Notes: generated by a model not told the origin, from the sequence alone. Positions 13,509-25,910 are shown, counted from the whole stretch's first letter. The stretch: 63,388 nt of DNA, filler included, from Octopus bimaculoides (GCF_001194135.2; 11 parts of 11 records of this genome joined end to end with filler, not necessarily neighbours in it), one strand, 5' to 3'. Program-made: numbers and translations.

Positions 13509-13734
13509 GTTTTCCTTCTTTTCGTTGTTTTTGTGTTGGTTTGTCACAAGCTGGACCATCATGTATATTTAACAAAGATGCGTAGAACTTTGATCCATTG
13601 TTGGGCTAATAATGTATGTTTGGTATGATTTTTTTTGTTGTAAATCCTTTATCTCTTGGGGCCCCGTTATCCTGAGTTGCCCTTCATTCTTGTAAAGTTG
13701 AACGTGTATTTTTATGTCCATGGTTTATTCTAAT

Positions 13735-13796
<62 letters not shown>

Positions 13797-14210
13797 ATTT
13801 GATTAATTTCATGGATAATCTTATTAGACTAGGATAATAATTAATTAATGGTTTCTGCATTATATATATATGTGTGTGTGTATGTGTATTTTTGCGTGTA
13901 TGTGTTTATGTGTATGTATGTGTGCGTGTGTGCATGTGTATGTATATATGTATATATGTATATACAGGTAAAATACCGTGGGATTGTTTACCTGAAACAA
14001 TTTCCCGTTGTTCCATACCAATCGATGGGGTTAGCCAAAACTTGATTTACACTAGAGTACTTCTAAGGCAGCCGTCCAAATTTCATATCCCTATACATTA
14101 ATAGTACACACATACACAAACGCAGACACAGATACACACACAAACACAGCACACACACTCACATACACAAAAACAGACACACACTCACACATACATACAT
14201 AAACACACTC

Positions 14211-14268
<58 letters not shown>

Positions 14269-15299
14269 NNNNNNNNNNNNNNNNNNNNNNNNNNNNNNNN
14301 NNNNNNNNNNNNNNNNNNNNNNNNNNNNNNNNNNNNNNNNNNNNNNNNNNNNNNNNNNNNNNNNNNNNNNNNNNNNNNNNNNNNNNNNNNNNNNNNNNNN
14401 NNNNNNNNNNNNNNNNNNNNNNNNNNNNNNNNNNNNNNNNNNNNNNNNNNNNNNNNNNNNNNNNNNNNNNNNNNNNNNNNNNNNNNNNNNNNNNNNNNNN
14501 NNNNNNNNNNNNNNNNNNNNNNNNNNNNNNNNNNNNNNNNNNNNNNNNNNNNNNNNNNNNNNNNNNNNNNNNNNNNNNNNNNNNNNNNNNNNNNNNNNNN
14601 NNNNNNNNNNNNNNNNNNNNNNNNNNNNNNNNNNNNNNNNNNNNNNNNNNNNNNNNNNNNNNNNNNNNNNNNNNNNNNNNNNNNNNNNNNNNNNNNNNNN
14701 NNNNNNNNNNNNNNNNNNNNNNNNNNNNNNNNNNNNNNNNNNNNNNNNNNNNNNNNNNNNNNNNNNNNNNNNNNNNNNNNNNNNNNNNNNNNNNNNNNNN
14801 NNNNNNNNNNNNNNNNNNNNNNNNNNNNNNNNNNNNNNNNNNNNNNNNNNNNNNNNNNNNNNNNNNNNNNNNNNNNNNNNNNNNNNNNNNNNNNNNNNNN
14901 NNNNNNNNNNNNNNNNNNNNNNNNNNNNNNNNNNNNNNNNNNNNNNNNNNNNNNNNNNNNNNNNNNNNNNNNNNNNNNNNNNNNNNNNNNNNNNNNNNNN
15001 NNNNNNNNNNNNNNNNNNNNNNNNNNNNNNNNNNNNNNNNNNNNNNNNNNNNNNNNNNNNNNNNNNNNNNNNNNNNNNNNNNNNNNNNNNNNNNNNNNNN
15101 NNNNNNNNNNNNNNNNNNNNNNNNNNNNNNNNNNNNNNNNNNNNNNNNNNNNNNNNNNNNNNNNNNNNNNNNNNNNNNNNNNNNNNNNNNNNNNNNNNNN
15201 NNNNNNNNNNNNNNNNNNNNNNNNNNNNNNNNNNNNNNNNNNNNNNNNNNNNTTGAGTCGGCATTTAATTAGGAAGAAGTCAAATTTTTCCTTATTAAT

Positions 15300-15629
15300 A
15301 TGGTGGGGGGTTTGGGGACAGTGTGATAGTTATGTTGAATGTGGTGCTGGTGATGGTGTTGGAGGTGGTGGTGTTGGTGGCGGTGGTAGTTGTGGTGGTT
15401 GTGATGCTGTTTGCGGTAGTGGTGGTGGTGGTTGTTAATGTTGTAGCGGTATTGGTGGTAGTGGTGTTGGTGGTTGTCGTTGTTGTGGTGGCGGTGGTCG
15501 ATTTCGTGTTGGTAGTGGTGGTAGTGTTTGTAGCGGAGGTTGTGGTGGTGCTGGTGCTAGTGGTAATGGTGGTGGTGCTGGTACTGGTGGTAATGGTGGT
15601 GGTGGTGGTGGTGGTTTTGGTGGTGGTGA
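15300..15629. repeat. Degenerate (GGT/TGG)n tract
   Basis: Direct reading; source of the Val/Gly-rich spurious ORFs. Confidence 0.85.
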
Positions 15630-15868
15630 TGGCTTACTCGACCTGAAGAAAATTGTAACTGGGCCCCCACCTGCGAGGTCATGCGGTGTTTATCTTGACA
15701 TGAGACTACTATATCGCGCACATATGGTTGTGATGCATGTGCCTGGTGTACCCATATCAGACGGGTAGTCATGATGGGTATACTGGGCTTTTGTATATTT
15801 GTACCCCAGTGTCACTTTGATGGTATGCACTGCTCTCTCACTCAATAATAATAATAATAATAATAATA
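15630..15868 (+). mobile_element. Unclassified non-coding retroposon, 3' part with (AAT)n tail
   Basis: Reverse-complement match to 23480-23690; ends GCACTGCTCTCTCACTC(AAT)n. Confidence 0.7.
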
Positions 15869-16425
15869 GATATATAGAGAGGAGTTCTTTACTTGAATAC
15901 GATTGACACAATCCATCACTAAGGTAAACTTAATGATGAAAAGCGCGACTCGAAAGCAACAGTTATTTATAATAATAATAATAATAATAATAATATTAAT
16001 AATAATATTAATAATAATAAGAGGAATCCATTTAACTAAAGTTTTTGCACAGACTATCATTCTATTTGAACTCCTTTATCTAGGGCTTTATTATCTAGGA
16101 CTCCATTTTCTAGGGCTGTATTACCAAATCTTATCAGATATATTCTGTATTTTTCCAAAGACGGTGCCATGTGAATTGCTGCAGTTCTTCGGCAGCATTT
16201 GCAGTTGCGTAAAGGATTCCACGGCAGCTCTTGTCGTAGTTGTCGTCATCACCACTGTCATCGCCGCCGTCCTCATCGTCGTCGTAGTCGTTGTTGTTGT
16301 TGTTGTTCTTGCTGCTGTTCACGTGAAAAAAAAATGTTCGGAAGAGTCTGAAAAGAAAAATGGCGTTGTTTTTGTAACTTGTGAGAAGACGAAACAGAAG
16401 ATAATGAAGAAGAGATTCACATCTG

Positions 16426-16501
<76 letters not shown>

Positions 16502-16750
16502 TACATGCATATGTATATATATATTTATATATATTTATATAGATATAGATATAGATATAGATATAGATATAGATATATGCATACATACATGTACACATCC
16601 CCATTGGTAGACAATAATATACACAAGTATAAATGTATATATTATACACTATATATTATGCGTATACATGCATGTATGTATGAGTGCATGTATTAATGAG
16701 AGGAAAAGACAAACACACACACACACACGTATATATATATATATAATATA

Positions 16751-16786
<36 letters not shown>

Positions 16787-16866
16787 NNNNNNNNNNNNNN
16801 NNNNNNNNNNNNNNNNNNNNNNNNNNNNTATATTTATATATATATAATATTACAATGAGAGAGAGG

Positions 16867-16900
<34 letters not shown>

Positions 16901-17357
16901 GAGAGAGATAAAGAAGGAGAGATAGAAAAAGGGGCAAACGATGATATTTATTGCTATTGTTGTTACTGCAGCTCTTATTGTTCTTCTTCTCGTTGTTGTT
17001 GCTGTTTTCGTTGTCCATAATTTATGTGACATTGTATTAAGTCAACATGTACGCACTCACTATACACTCACAGCTTACACGCAAGCGAACACCGAAAGGC
17101 TGAGACAATACAGCAAAAAAAGAACAACGACAAACAACAGCACATAATGAAATCATAGGAAAATGGCTGAAGGCCTCAATTCCATAAACTTTGTGTTGTT
17201 GTATGGTACGAAGTCTTAGAGAGGACAGCTATAAGAGCGATACCGGTGGCCTCTCTGACAAGGCAATATGGCGGCGATGATTAGCTGGTGGCGGGAAACC
17301 ATTGCAGTGCGTAAATAAAGCGTTAACCGACAATCATTGTAAGAAGTACCCGCTCCA

Positions 17358-17391
<34 letters not shown>

Positions 17392-17840
17392 CTGGATGGA
17401 TAGATGGTTGATTGGATGAACAGATATATATATATATATATATATAGATGGATGGATGGATGGATAGATAGATAGATAAGTAGGTAGGTTGGTAGGTTGG
17501 TAGACAGGTAGGCAGATAGATAGATACATAATTGGACATGTACATAGATGGAAGGATGCATGGCTAGAGACAGACAGACATACAGACTGATAGATAGATA
17601 GATAGATAGATAGATATACAGATAGGTATGCATGCAGGTAGGTAGGTAATAGTTAGATGGAGATATAAAGAAATAGGTAGATAGATAAGTAGTTAGATAA
17701 CTGTTAGATGGAGGGATAGNNNNNNNNNNNNNNNNNNNNNNNNNNNNNNNNNNNNNNNNNNNNTTAATTAATTAANNNNNNNNNNNNNNNNNNNNNNNNN
17801 NNNNNNNNNNNNNNNNNNNTGTTTTGGAGGTTATAAAATA

Positions 17841-17980
17841 TTCTTTTCTACTCTAGGCACAAAGCCCAAAATTAGATCGACCTCAGTACACAACCGGTAC
17901 TTAATTTATTGACCCTGAAAGGATGAAAGGCAAAGTTGACCTCAGCAGAATTTGAACTCAGAACATAAAGACAAAAAAAA
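17841..17980 (-). mobile_element. SINE family B (Meta-like central domain), old CpG-decayed partial copy
   Basis: Minus TTTGCCTTTCATCCTTTCAGGGTCAATAAATTAAGTACC; CpG sites are TG/CA relative to the adjacent copy. Confidence 0.8.
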
Positions 17981-18217
17981 TACCTATTTCTTTACTGCCC
18001 ACAAGGGGCTACACACAGAGGGGACAAACAAGGACAGACAAACGGATTAAGTCGATTATATCGACCCCAGTGCGTAACTGGTACTTAATTTATCGACCCC
18101 GAAAGGATGAAAGGTAAAGTCGACTTCGGCGGAATTTGAACTCAGAACGCAGTGGCAGACGAAATACCGCTAAGCAGTTCACCCGACATGCTGACGTTTC
18201 TGCCAGCTCGCCGCCTT
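17981..18217 (-). mobile_element. SINE family B, full-length younger copy
   Basis: Minus head AAGGCGGCGAGCTGGCAGAAACG, B box GAGTTCAAATTCC, body CCTTTCATCCTTTCGGGGTCGATAAATTAAGTACCAG, tail AAAGAAATAGG. The Meta-domain assignment is from memory. Confidence 0.85.
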
Positions 18218-18647
18218 ACTAATTCAAAATAAATATTGCATTTGACAGAAAAATCTGATTGCTAAAGGGTTGATGATGTTTACCTTTAATTAAAGGCGAC
18301 AACACCTTAGTGAGCCTTTTTATGATGAGCTCAATTGTTGAACATTTACTACTGTTTGAAATCTTACAAGGAATTTTGCATTTAAATAAGGAAACACCCT
18401 CTGTTTTTTTTTGTTTTTTTTTCAGTGTAGATGGATATAATGTTAAATTAAAGATATTCAACTCTGAAGTGGATTATGATCTCAATACATCTCTTTTCTT
18501 AAATCCCTCCAGTGGTGCAGTTTTCATCTGTTATGGCAGAAAGTTATCTAAATGATTTTCATGATCAGCAAAAAAGTTATTGTTTGGCAGAAGATAATTT
18601 ATTTATCGCTATAGAAAATATTCCAAAATATCAATATGATCTAAAAG

Positions 18648-18888
18648 GGTAGCAAGCTGGCAGAATAGTCAGCACGCTGGGCGAAATGTTTAACAGTATT
18701 TCATCTGCTGTTATGTTCTGAGTTCAAATCCTACCCAGGTCGATTTTGTCTTTCATCCTTTCAGGGTCGATTAAATAAGTACCAGATATACACTGGGGTC
18801 GATGTAATTGACTTAATCCGTTTGTCTGTCCTTGTTTGTCCCCTCTATGTTTAGCCCCCTGTGGGCAATAAAGAAATAAAGAAAAAAC
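18648..18888 (+). mobile_element. SINE family B, full length with 12-bp target-site duplication
   Basis: ATGATCTAAAAG at 18636-18647 and 18889-18900; many CpG to TG/CA changes. Confidence 0.9.
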
Positions 18889-18942
18889 ATGATCTAAAAG
18901 ACATAAGGCACCAACTTCCTGATTTAAAACACTTTTCTTTTT

Positions 18943-19096
18943 GACTGTGGTAAGAAGTTTGCATTCCAGTCACATGGTTCCAGGTTCAGTCCCATTGCAA
19001 AGCACCTTGGGCAAGTGTCTCCTACTATAGACCTAGACCAACCAAAGCCTTGTGAATGGATTTGATAGATGGAAACTGAATGAAGCCCATTATGTT

Positions 19097-19143
<47 letters not shown>

Positions 19144-19366
19144 TTTTCCTTGCCCTGACATTGTTTGAAAGTTGTCGACAAGTGCCACTATCATGCAAAC
19201 ACTGTCTTTCATTTGCAATCTTCCATAAAAATATGTCTGACCATGAGGAAATATTACCTAACTTGCAACGAGGTGATGATTGGCAACAAGGGCTGATGAC
19301 AGTCTGCCTCAACAAATTCCATCTAACCCATGCAAGCATAGAAAAGTAAATGCTAAATGATGATGA
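18943..19366 (+). mobile_element. SINE family A variant with RTE-like (ATG)n tail
   Basis: Head CTGTGGTAAG..GGTTCAGTCCC, CCTTGGGCAAGTGTC, internal (GT)n, tail AACCCATGCAAGCAT..ATGATGATG; related tail at 25075-25215. Confidence 0.75.
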
Positions 19367-20949
19367 TGTTGTTCTTCATCATAATGATGATGATTTCTAT
19401 CTGATTTTAAAGACTAATCTAAATATCTTACCACATTTGTCAGCATGTGTTGGCAGAATATATTCTCGCTAAAGAACTGTATCAAAACAAATAAAACTAA
19501 TTCTTTAAAAGCAGTGACTGAAAAGATAGATCACTTCCAATTCAATCTGTTACAAGAAATGATATTGAATACCTGCAAAAGAATTAATCAAGGACTTGAG
19601 AAAATATGCTCAATGCAAACAATACTTTGAAAGAATTTAATTTAAAAAAAGGGGGGGGGGAGAAGAAAAATACAGGCAAGAAATAATGAATCAGTTATTC
19701 TTTCAAGAGGAATTGAAGACAAAAAGGAATCATTACTGTGTTCTACAGATAAAATTAAGTAAATAACTGCTATATTTCTATTTAAATACAATATTTTTAT
19801 AAGCTAGACTGCTTTCTCTTTTCTTTTTTTTTTTCACTTTTGAGTCAGTATTTCATTTTCTAAGCTTGGTCTAAGGTTTTCCTGAAAATCTCATTGATAA
19901 CCCTCATACATATGCACATATACAGTGAGAGAGAGAAAGAGAGAGAGACAGAGAGACAGAGACAGGCAGAGAGGGAGACACACACACACACACACACACA
20001 TGCACACACACACATACACACATACACACACACACAGAAGCGCACACTCATGCATGTGTGTGTGTGTGTGTGTGTGTGTGTTAGAGTGTACCTACCAAAT
20101 AATATATATATGTGCTTGTGTGCAAGTGTGCATATGTGTGTGCACCTGTGTCTGTGAATTTACATCTTCTGAATCCATTTATTTGAATATACATTATTTA
20201 TGCATGCTTGTATGTATGTATGTATGTATGTATTATTTATGCATGTATGTATGTATGTATGTATGTATGTATGTNNNNNNNNNNTGTATGTATGTATTAT
20301 TTATGCATGTATGTATGTATGTATTATTTATGCATGTATGTATGTATGTACGTACGTACGTACATATGCATGTTTGTATTTAAAAAAAGGAGGGCAGTAA
20401 AGTGTGTGACACACAACCAAAAGTCCAGCTCAGTGGTGGGTTTCACACTCCACTCCAGTATCCAGTGTAACCTGAAACCAAGCATCAACCTTGGGATAGG
20501 CTAGTCTGCGGAATTCTAGATAATAATAGAAATAATAACAACATCAACAACAACAATAATCACAAGAGCACTCAGAGAGTGCAAACCTCCACCAAGGCAA
20601 CACCAATGTCCTTTCAATGATTAGCCAGAGATGATTTTTAGAATGAGAATATCTGAAATAAAACTCGACTGCTCTCACAAATGAGAATAATGAAAATGAA
20701 CCTGACCATTCTCAAAAATTAAAACAGGAAAAATAATCCAGAATCTTTGTCCGGTACCTGATCGATCCCAACGGTAATCATGGAAAGTGAAGGTGGGTGT
20801 GTGGGCCATGTTTGTAATGCTGTGTGTCGGAACAGGGACAGTTTTCTCTATGAAGACCTTTTTTAGTCTATCCACTGATTTAGTGTCTTTACAACCATTA
20901 AGGTCTATAATGAAAACTTTATCCACGCATGGAAAAAAATGGAAAGGAC

Positions 20950-21920
20950 CTGTATATGGTGCTATTAACAGATTTTCAGGAGGTTGGCTTGGCCATGGAA
21001 GCTTTTTGATCCCATTTTCAGTCAGCCATTGATGATTCCTCTTCACTGTATGGCATGGAGCCCCATCTTCCATAAATAAAAACTCATTTTTTGTTATGTT
21101 ATCGTGTGAATACATCGGAAGTAGTCCTTGCTTAAATATTTCAATATATTTTTCAGAGTTTATGGCTCCAACATATTCGATCAGCTCAGAACGACCATTG
21201 CTGGAGACAGCTCCCCATACGATTACAGAGATACTGCCATGTTTCACAGTTGGTTGGAGTCATTTCAAATCAAATTCTTAATTGGGAAGCCTCCAGACCC
21301 AAACACGTCCACTGTCTGAAAATAATGCAAATCTGAATTCATCTGAGAAAATCACTCTATCCCAAAATGAACTGGATTTTTCTGACATCTCCTTAGCCCA
21401 TTTATTTCTTTTCATGATATTAATTGGTTTAAGGAGAGGTTTTCTTCTAGCTGCTTGTCCATAATACCCAAACTTATCCAGATATGTAACACACATTCTT
21501 GGACTAACTTCTAGCTGTTTTTCAATGTCAGAAGCCTTTGAACAGGGTTCGTTTTCCACAATTCTCTTCAAACAGCAAAGCTTCCTTTCCAAGGGCCCAG
21601 GTTGGTTGAGGACGAGAAGCTGTTGATTATTTTCCTTGGCTTTTGAATTGCACTATAATTCTATTAACAATAGCAAGAAGAATTTGAAAATTTTCGGCAA
21701 GTTTTTCCTGGATAAGACCAGCCTCAGATTGCCCAACAATACGACCTCTTTGAAAATCTGACAGTTCTGCTGAATGTTTTGTGTGTGGCATGGTTACTCT
21801 TCGCAAATGTTTAATATAATGGCACCTGGAATGAAAAAGAATAATTACATTGTAAATTTTACATCACTGGAAATATATTAAGATGCTTAGATCAGAAATT
21901 TTGAAATTCAAGGTGTCTAT
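20950..21920 (-). mobile_element. Tc1-like (DD34E type) transposon, frameshifted pseudogene
   Basis: ATG at 21791: MPHTKHSAELSDFQRGRIVG.. ARRKPLL.. WDRVIFSDE.. VKHG..VWGA.. FMEDGAPCH.. LPWPSQPPENL; the DLNPIE motif carrying the third catalytic residue is missing. Confidence 0.9.
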
Positions 21921-22418
21921 NNNNNNNNNNNNNNNNNNNNNNNNNNNNNNNNNNNNNNNNNNNNNNNNNNNNNNNNNNNNNNNNNNNNNNNNNNNNNNNN
22001 NNNNNNNNNNNNNNNNNNNNNNNNNNNNNNNNNNNNNNNNNNNNNNNNNNNNNNNNNNNNNNNNNNNNNNNNNNNNNNNNNNNNNNNNNNNNNNNNNNNN
22101 NNNNNNNNNNNNNNNNNNNNNNNNNNNNNNNNNNNNNNNNNNNNNNNNNNNNNNNNNNNNNNNNNNNNNNNNNNNNNNNNNNNNNNNNNNNNNNNNNNNN
22201 NNNNNNNNNNNNNNNNNNNNNNNNNNNNNNNNNNNNNNNNNNNNNNNNNNNNNNNNNNNNNNNNNNNNNNNNNNNNNNNNNNNNNNNNNNNNNNNNNNNN
22301 NNNNNNNNNNNNNNNNNNNNNNNNNNNNNNNNNNNNNNNNNNNNNNNNNNNNNNNNNNNNNNNNNNNNNNNNNNNNNNNNNNNNNNNNNNNNNNNNNNNN
22401 NNNNNNNNNNNNNNNNNN

Positions 22419-22468
<50 letters not shown>

Positions 22469-22565
22469 AGCTTCTTTTAGTTTCTATCTAACAAACCCAC
22501 TCACAAGGTTTTTGGTCAGCCTGGGGCTACTAGTAGAAGACACTTGCCCAAGGTTCCATGCAGTG
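22469..22565 (-). mobile_element. SINE family A, CORE-like fragment
   Basis: Plus reads CACTCACAAGG..AGAAGACACTTGCCCAAGG. Confidence 0.75.
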
Positions 22566-23111
22566 TATACATAATCATCGTTTGCATCATTTTTTCTTAA
22601 CATATATGGTAACTTGCTAGTGCTACCAGCAGCTATTGTGTGATGTAATCAGCATCAAATGATCATTACTGCAATAAACTTCGATGGTGAAATAAAAATT
22701 TATGCAATGTCATGTTACTGGCTCTTTTCCATTTATGATTACTTTTATGAAGTATTTTGGCAAATCATTACATCAAATTAGTTAATTCTATAGTAATTAA
22801 TAGAATTCTTGTGATTTGGTTTCCAATATTGTGCATTCATGTAAGAAACAAATGACCACCGGTTCTAGAGTCATAAAGTCAGAACCACTTAAAAGCAATA
22901 CCCTTTCCAAGAGGTTTTTGTTGTAGAGAAACTTGGTCTAATGCAATGCTGCTACCCTTGATGTCAGCAAAGATTAAGACTGTGATGGGTATGCAGATAC
23001 CTTATGAAAACTACCCACCTATGATCTCCGTTATTCTCTTATCCTCTATGTCTGTAACTCCCTATCAGATCAAACATTTGTGGCATGTGTTTATGAAGTT
23101 CTTTCTGTAAT

Positions 23112-23258
23112 TCTTTAATTCGTTTCAGTCATTTGACTGTGGCCATGCTGGAGTACCGCCTTTAGTCAAGCAAATGGACCCCAGGACTTATCTGTTGTAA
23201 GCCTAGTACTTATTCTATTGGTCTCTTTTTGCCGAACAGCTAGGTTATCGGGACATAA
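23112..23258 (-). mobile_element. SINE family A, tail
   Basis: Plus reads TTTCAGTCATTTGACTGTGGCCATGCTGGAGTACCGCCTTTAGTC..TAGTACTTATTCTAT. Confidence 0.8.
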
Positions 23259-23479
23259 TATAAATTAAAGTTTCATAGGTTCATCAAATGAATCTAACTT
23301 ATGTCAGGCTTATAGACATAAGCCTGACTAGTTATATTCATATGATGAGCTTATGGAACTAAGTTGCATGGAGTCAAAACAAACTGTTTTTAAATAATTA
23401 TATATGTATCTCCTACTGAATGTAGTGTGTGATGCTTTATTTTGTTTGTCCACTCACTCATATAGACATTATCATTATC

Positions 23480-24024
23480 AAGAGAGCAATGCATGTCATC
23501 AAAGTGACACTGGGGTACAAATATATGAAGCCCAGTATACCCATCAAGACTACCCATCTGAAAAGGGTGCACCAGGCACATGCATCATAACCATGTGTGC
23601 GTGACATGGTGACCTTGTAATCAAGATAACAGCACATGACCTTGCAGGGGAAGCCCAGTTAGAATTTTCTTCAGGTCGAGTAGCCCATACTGCTCAAAAA
23701 GTCCCTGAATAAAGTTTGTTTAAGGATGTTGAGCAAAACACCCATGTTTCCAAAGGTGAATTATCCAAACCCCAAAGAACTCCTCTCAACACATGGCTAT
23801 GATGCTCCCCCACTACTTCTGCTTATGATCAGAGATGCACATATCGTCAGCCACCAAGGGACATGCTCAACTGGTTAAGGTCAAACAACTGACAAGCAAA
23901 TCTGTGGTATTGAGCAGAATATTTGGTGTAGCCCATCTTTTAAACCAAGACAAAACAATGTTCATGATAACACTTCCAATCAGTTAAGTTCAGAAGCCAT
24001 GCGAGCCACTGCCTGGTGCTGCAT
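23480..24024 (-). mobile_element. Unclassified non-coding retroposon, about 540 bp
   Basis: Homologous to the (AAT)n-tailed copy at 15630-15868; no ORF. Confidence 0.65.
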
Positions 24025-24037
24025 ATTATTATTATTA

Positions 24038-24071
<34 letters not shown>

Positions 24072-24340
24072 TGAAACAAAGCTCAGGTTTGGTCTGATAG
24101 GATTTATGTGGGTAATGAGTTACTACTTGTAGCCTTAGATATCCACATATTTTTGGCAGTCTTCCAAATGCTTAGAATCCGTCTGATAATCCTTGTTGTC
24201 CCTAAGAGGCAAACTTTCTCTAGGTGCTCCACTGGGCATTCTATTCCAATCACCCTCACCCATTTGCCTATATCTTTGCTTACTGTTGTCAACACACCAA
24301 TTATTATAGGCACAAACTTTACTGTTATTTGGTAGCCATG
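24025..24340 (-). mobile_element. RLE-endonuclease LINE (R4/Dong/NeSL-like), 3' fragment
   Basis: Minus TVKFVPIIIGVLTTVSKDIGKW..VEHLEKVCLLGTTRIIRRILS, then 3' UTR and (AAT)n tail at 24025-24070. Confidence 0.8.
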
Positions 24341-24399
24341 ATAAAACTCCAAGTTTCGGATGTCGGGGCAGAAACCCACGCTGCCATCTCTTCAGTTAT
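24341..24399 (-). ncRNA. Minimal type I hammerhead ribozyme motif with intact core
   Basis: Minus 5'-ATAA CTGAAGA GATG-GCAG..CTGC..CATCC GAAAC TTGGA GTT TTAT-3': stem I ATAA/TTAT, core CUGAAGA and GAAA, stem III ACU/AGU, GUU triplet. Folded by eye. Confidence 0.6.
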
Positions 24400-24459
24400 T
24401 TGGCCATCGGAAAAATGGTGGCGGCATGGGTTTCCGCCCCGACATCTGAAACTCGGAGT

Positions 24460-24462
<3 letters not shown>
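24343..24462. repeat. ~120-bp hairpin of two head-to-head ribozyme-like units
   Basis: Left ACTCCAAGTTTCGGATGTCGGGGCAGAAACCCACGCTGCCA vs right arm reverse complement ACTCCGAGTTTCAGATGTCGGGGCGGAAACCCATGCCGCCA; mismatches are CpG transitions. Confidence 0.85.
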
Positions 24463-24493
<31 letters not shown>

Positions 24494-24584
24494 TGCTCCA
24501 GCATGGCTGAAGTCAAATGACTGAAACAAGTAAAAGTTACACACACACATACACTCACACATACACTCACACATACACTCACAC

Positions 24585-24968
24585 AAGTGCCCCTGGACTG
24601 GCTCTTGTGCGGGTGGCACATAAAAGACACCATTTCGAGCGTGGTCGTTGCCAGTACCGCCTGACTGGCCTTCATAAAATTTTCAAGCGAGATCGTTGCC
24701 AGTGCCTCTGGACTGGCTTGTGCGGGTGGCACATAAAAGACACCATTTCAAGCGTGGCCGTTGCCAGTATCGCCTTACTGGCCTTCGTGCGGGTGACATG
24801 TAAAAGCACCTACTACACTCTCTGAGTGGTTGGCGTTAGGAAGGGCATCCAGCTGTAGAAACTCTGCCAAATTTAGATTGGAGCCTGGTGTTGCCATCCG
24901 GTTTCACCAGTCCTCAGTCAAATCGTCCAACCCATGCTAGCATGGAAAGCAGACGTTTTAACGATGAT
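24585..24968 (+). mobile_element. SINE family E, body with internal ~80-nt repeats and RTE-like tail
   Basis: GTGCGGGTGGCACATAAAAGACACC twice plus a third variant; GGTTGGCGTTAGGAAGGGCATCCAGCTGTAGAAAC; tail AACCCATGCTAGCATGGAAAGC..ACGATGATG. Confidence 0.7.
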
Positions 24969-25358
24969 GTATATATATATATGTATATGCTTGTATACCA
25001 GTATCTCTTGTTTGTGAATCTGCTATCATCTGATAGGTGTCAACGAGTACCATTATCATCATAGTATCATAAAAGCCTTGTCGTGTGTTTCCAATCAGCC
25101 ATAAAAACATGTCTGGCCCAAGGAGAAAATATTACGTTGCTTAGGAACAGGTGCTTAGGAACCCATGAAAGCATGAAGAAAGTGGATGTTAATTTGTGAT
25201 GATAATGATGATAGTGATGACAGTGGTGAAGATGACGATGTTGATGCTGCTGCTGCCGCTGTTGATGAAGGTGACAATGATATGTAAATTACACACAGAC
25301 ACATAAATATATGTATGCAAATCTATTCATTAAACACATAAAGAGAAGTGGGCAATAC

Positions 25359-25416
<58 letters not shown>

Positions 25417-25862
25417 NNNNNNNNNNNNNNNNNNNNNNNNNNNNNNNNNNNNNNNNNNNNNNNNNNNNNNNNNNNNNNNNNNNNNNNNNNNNNNNNNNNN
25501 NNNNNNNNNNNNNNNNNNNNNNNNNNNNNNNNNNNNNNNNNNNNNNNNNNNNNNNNNNNNNNNNNNNNNNNNNNNNNNNNNNNNNNNNNNNNNNNNNNNN
25601 NNNNNNNNNNNNNNNNNNNNNNNNNNNNNNNNNNNNNNNNNNNNNNNNNNNNNNNNNNNNNNNNNNNNNNNNNNNNNNNNNNNNNNNNNNNNNNNNNNNN
25701 NNNNNNNNNNNNNNNNNNNNNNNNNNNNNNNNNNNNNNNNNNNNNNNNNNNNNNNNNNNNNNNNNNNNNNNNNNNNNNNNNNNNNNNNNNNNNNNNNNNN
25801 NNNNNNNNNNNNNNNNNNNNNNNNNNNNNNNNNNNNNNNNNNNNNNNNNNNNNNNNNNNNNN

Positions 25863-25910
<48 letters not shown>

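Noticed and set aside
16120-16300. Minus ORF with acidic tract then RGILYATANAAEELQQFTWHRLWK
   Set aside because: It starts in simple repeats, has no acceptor and no recognisable homology
20548-20772. Helentron-type non-autonomous element starting ACAAGAGCACTCAGAGAG
   Set aside because: Single copy in the window; classification would rest on memory alone
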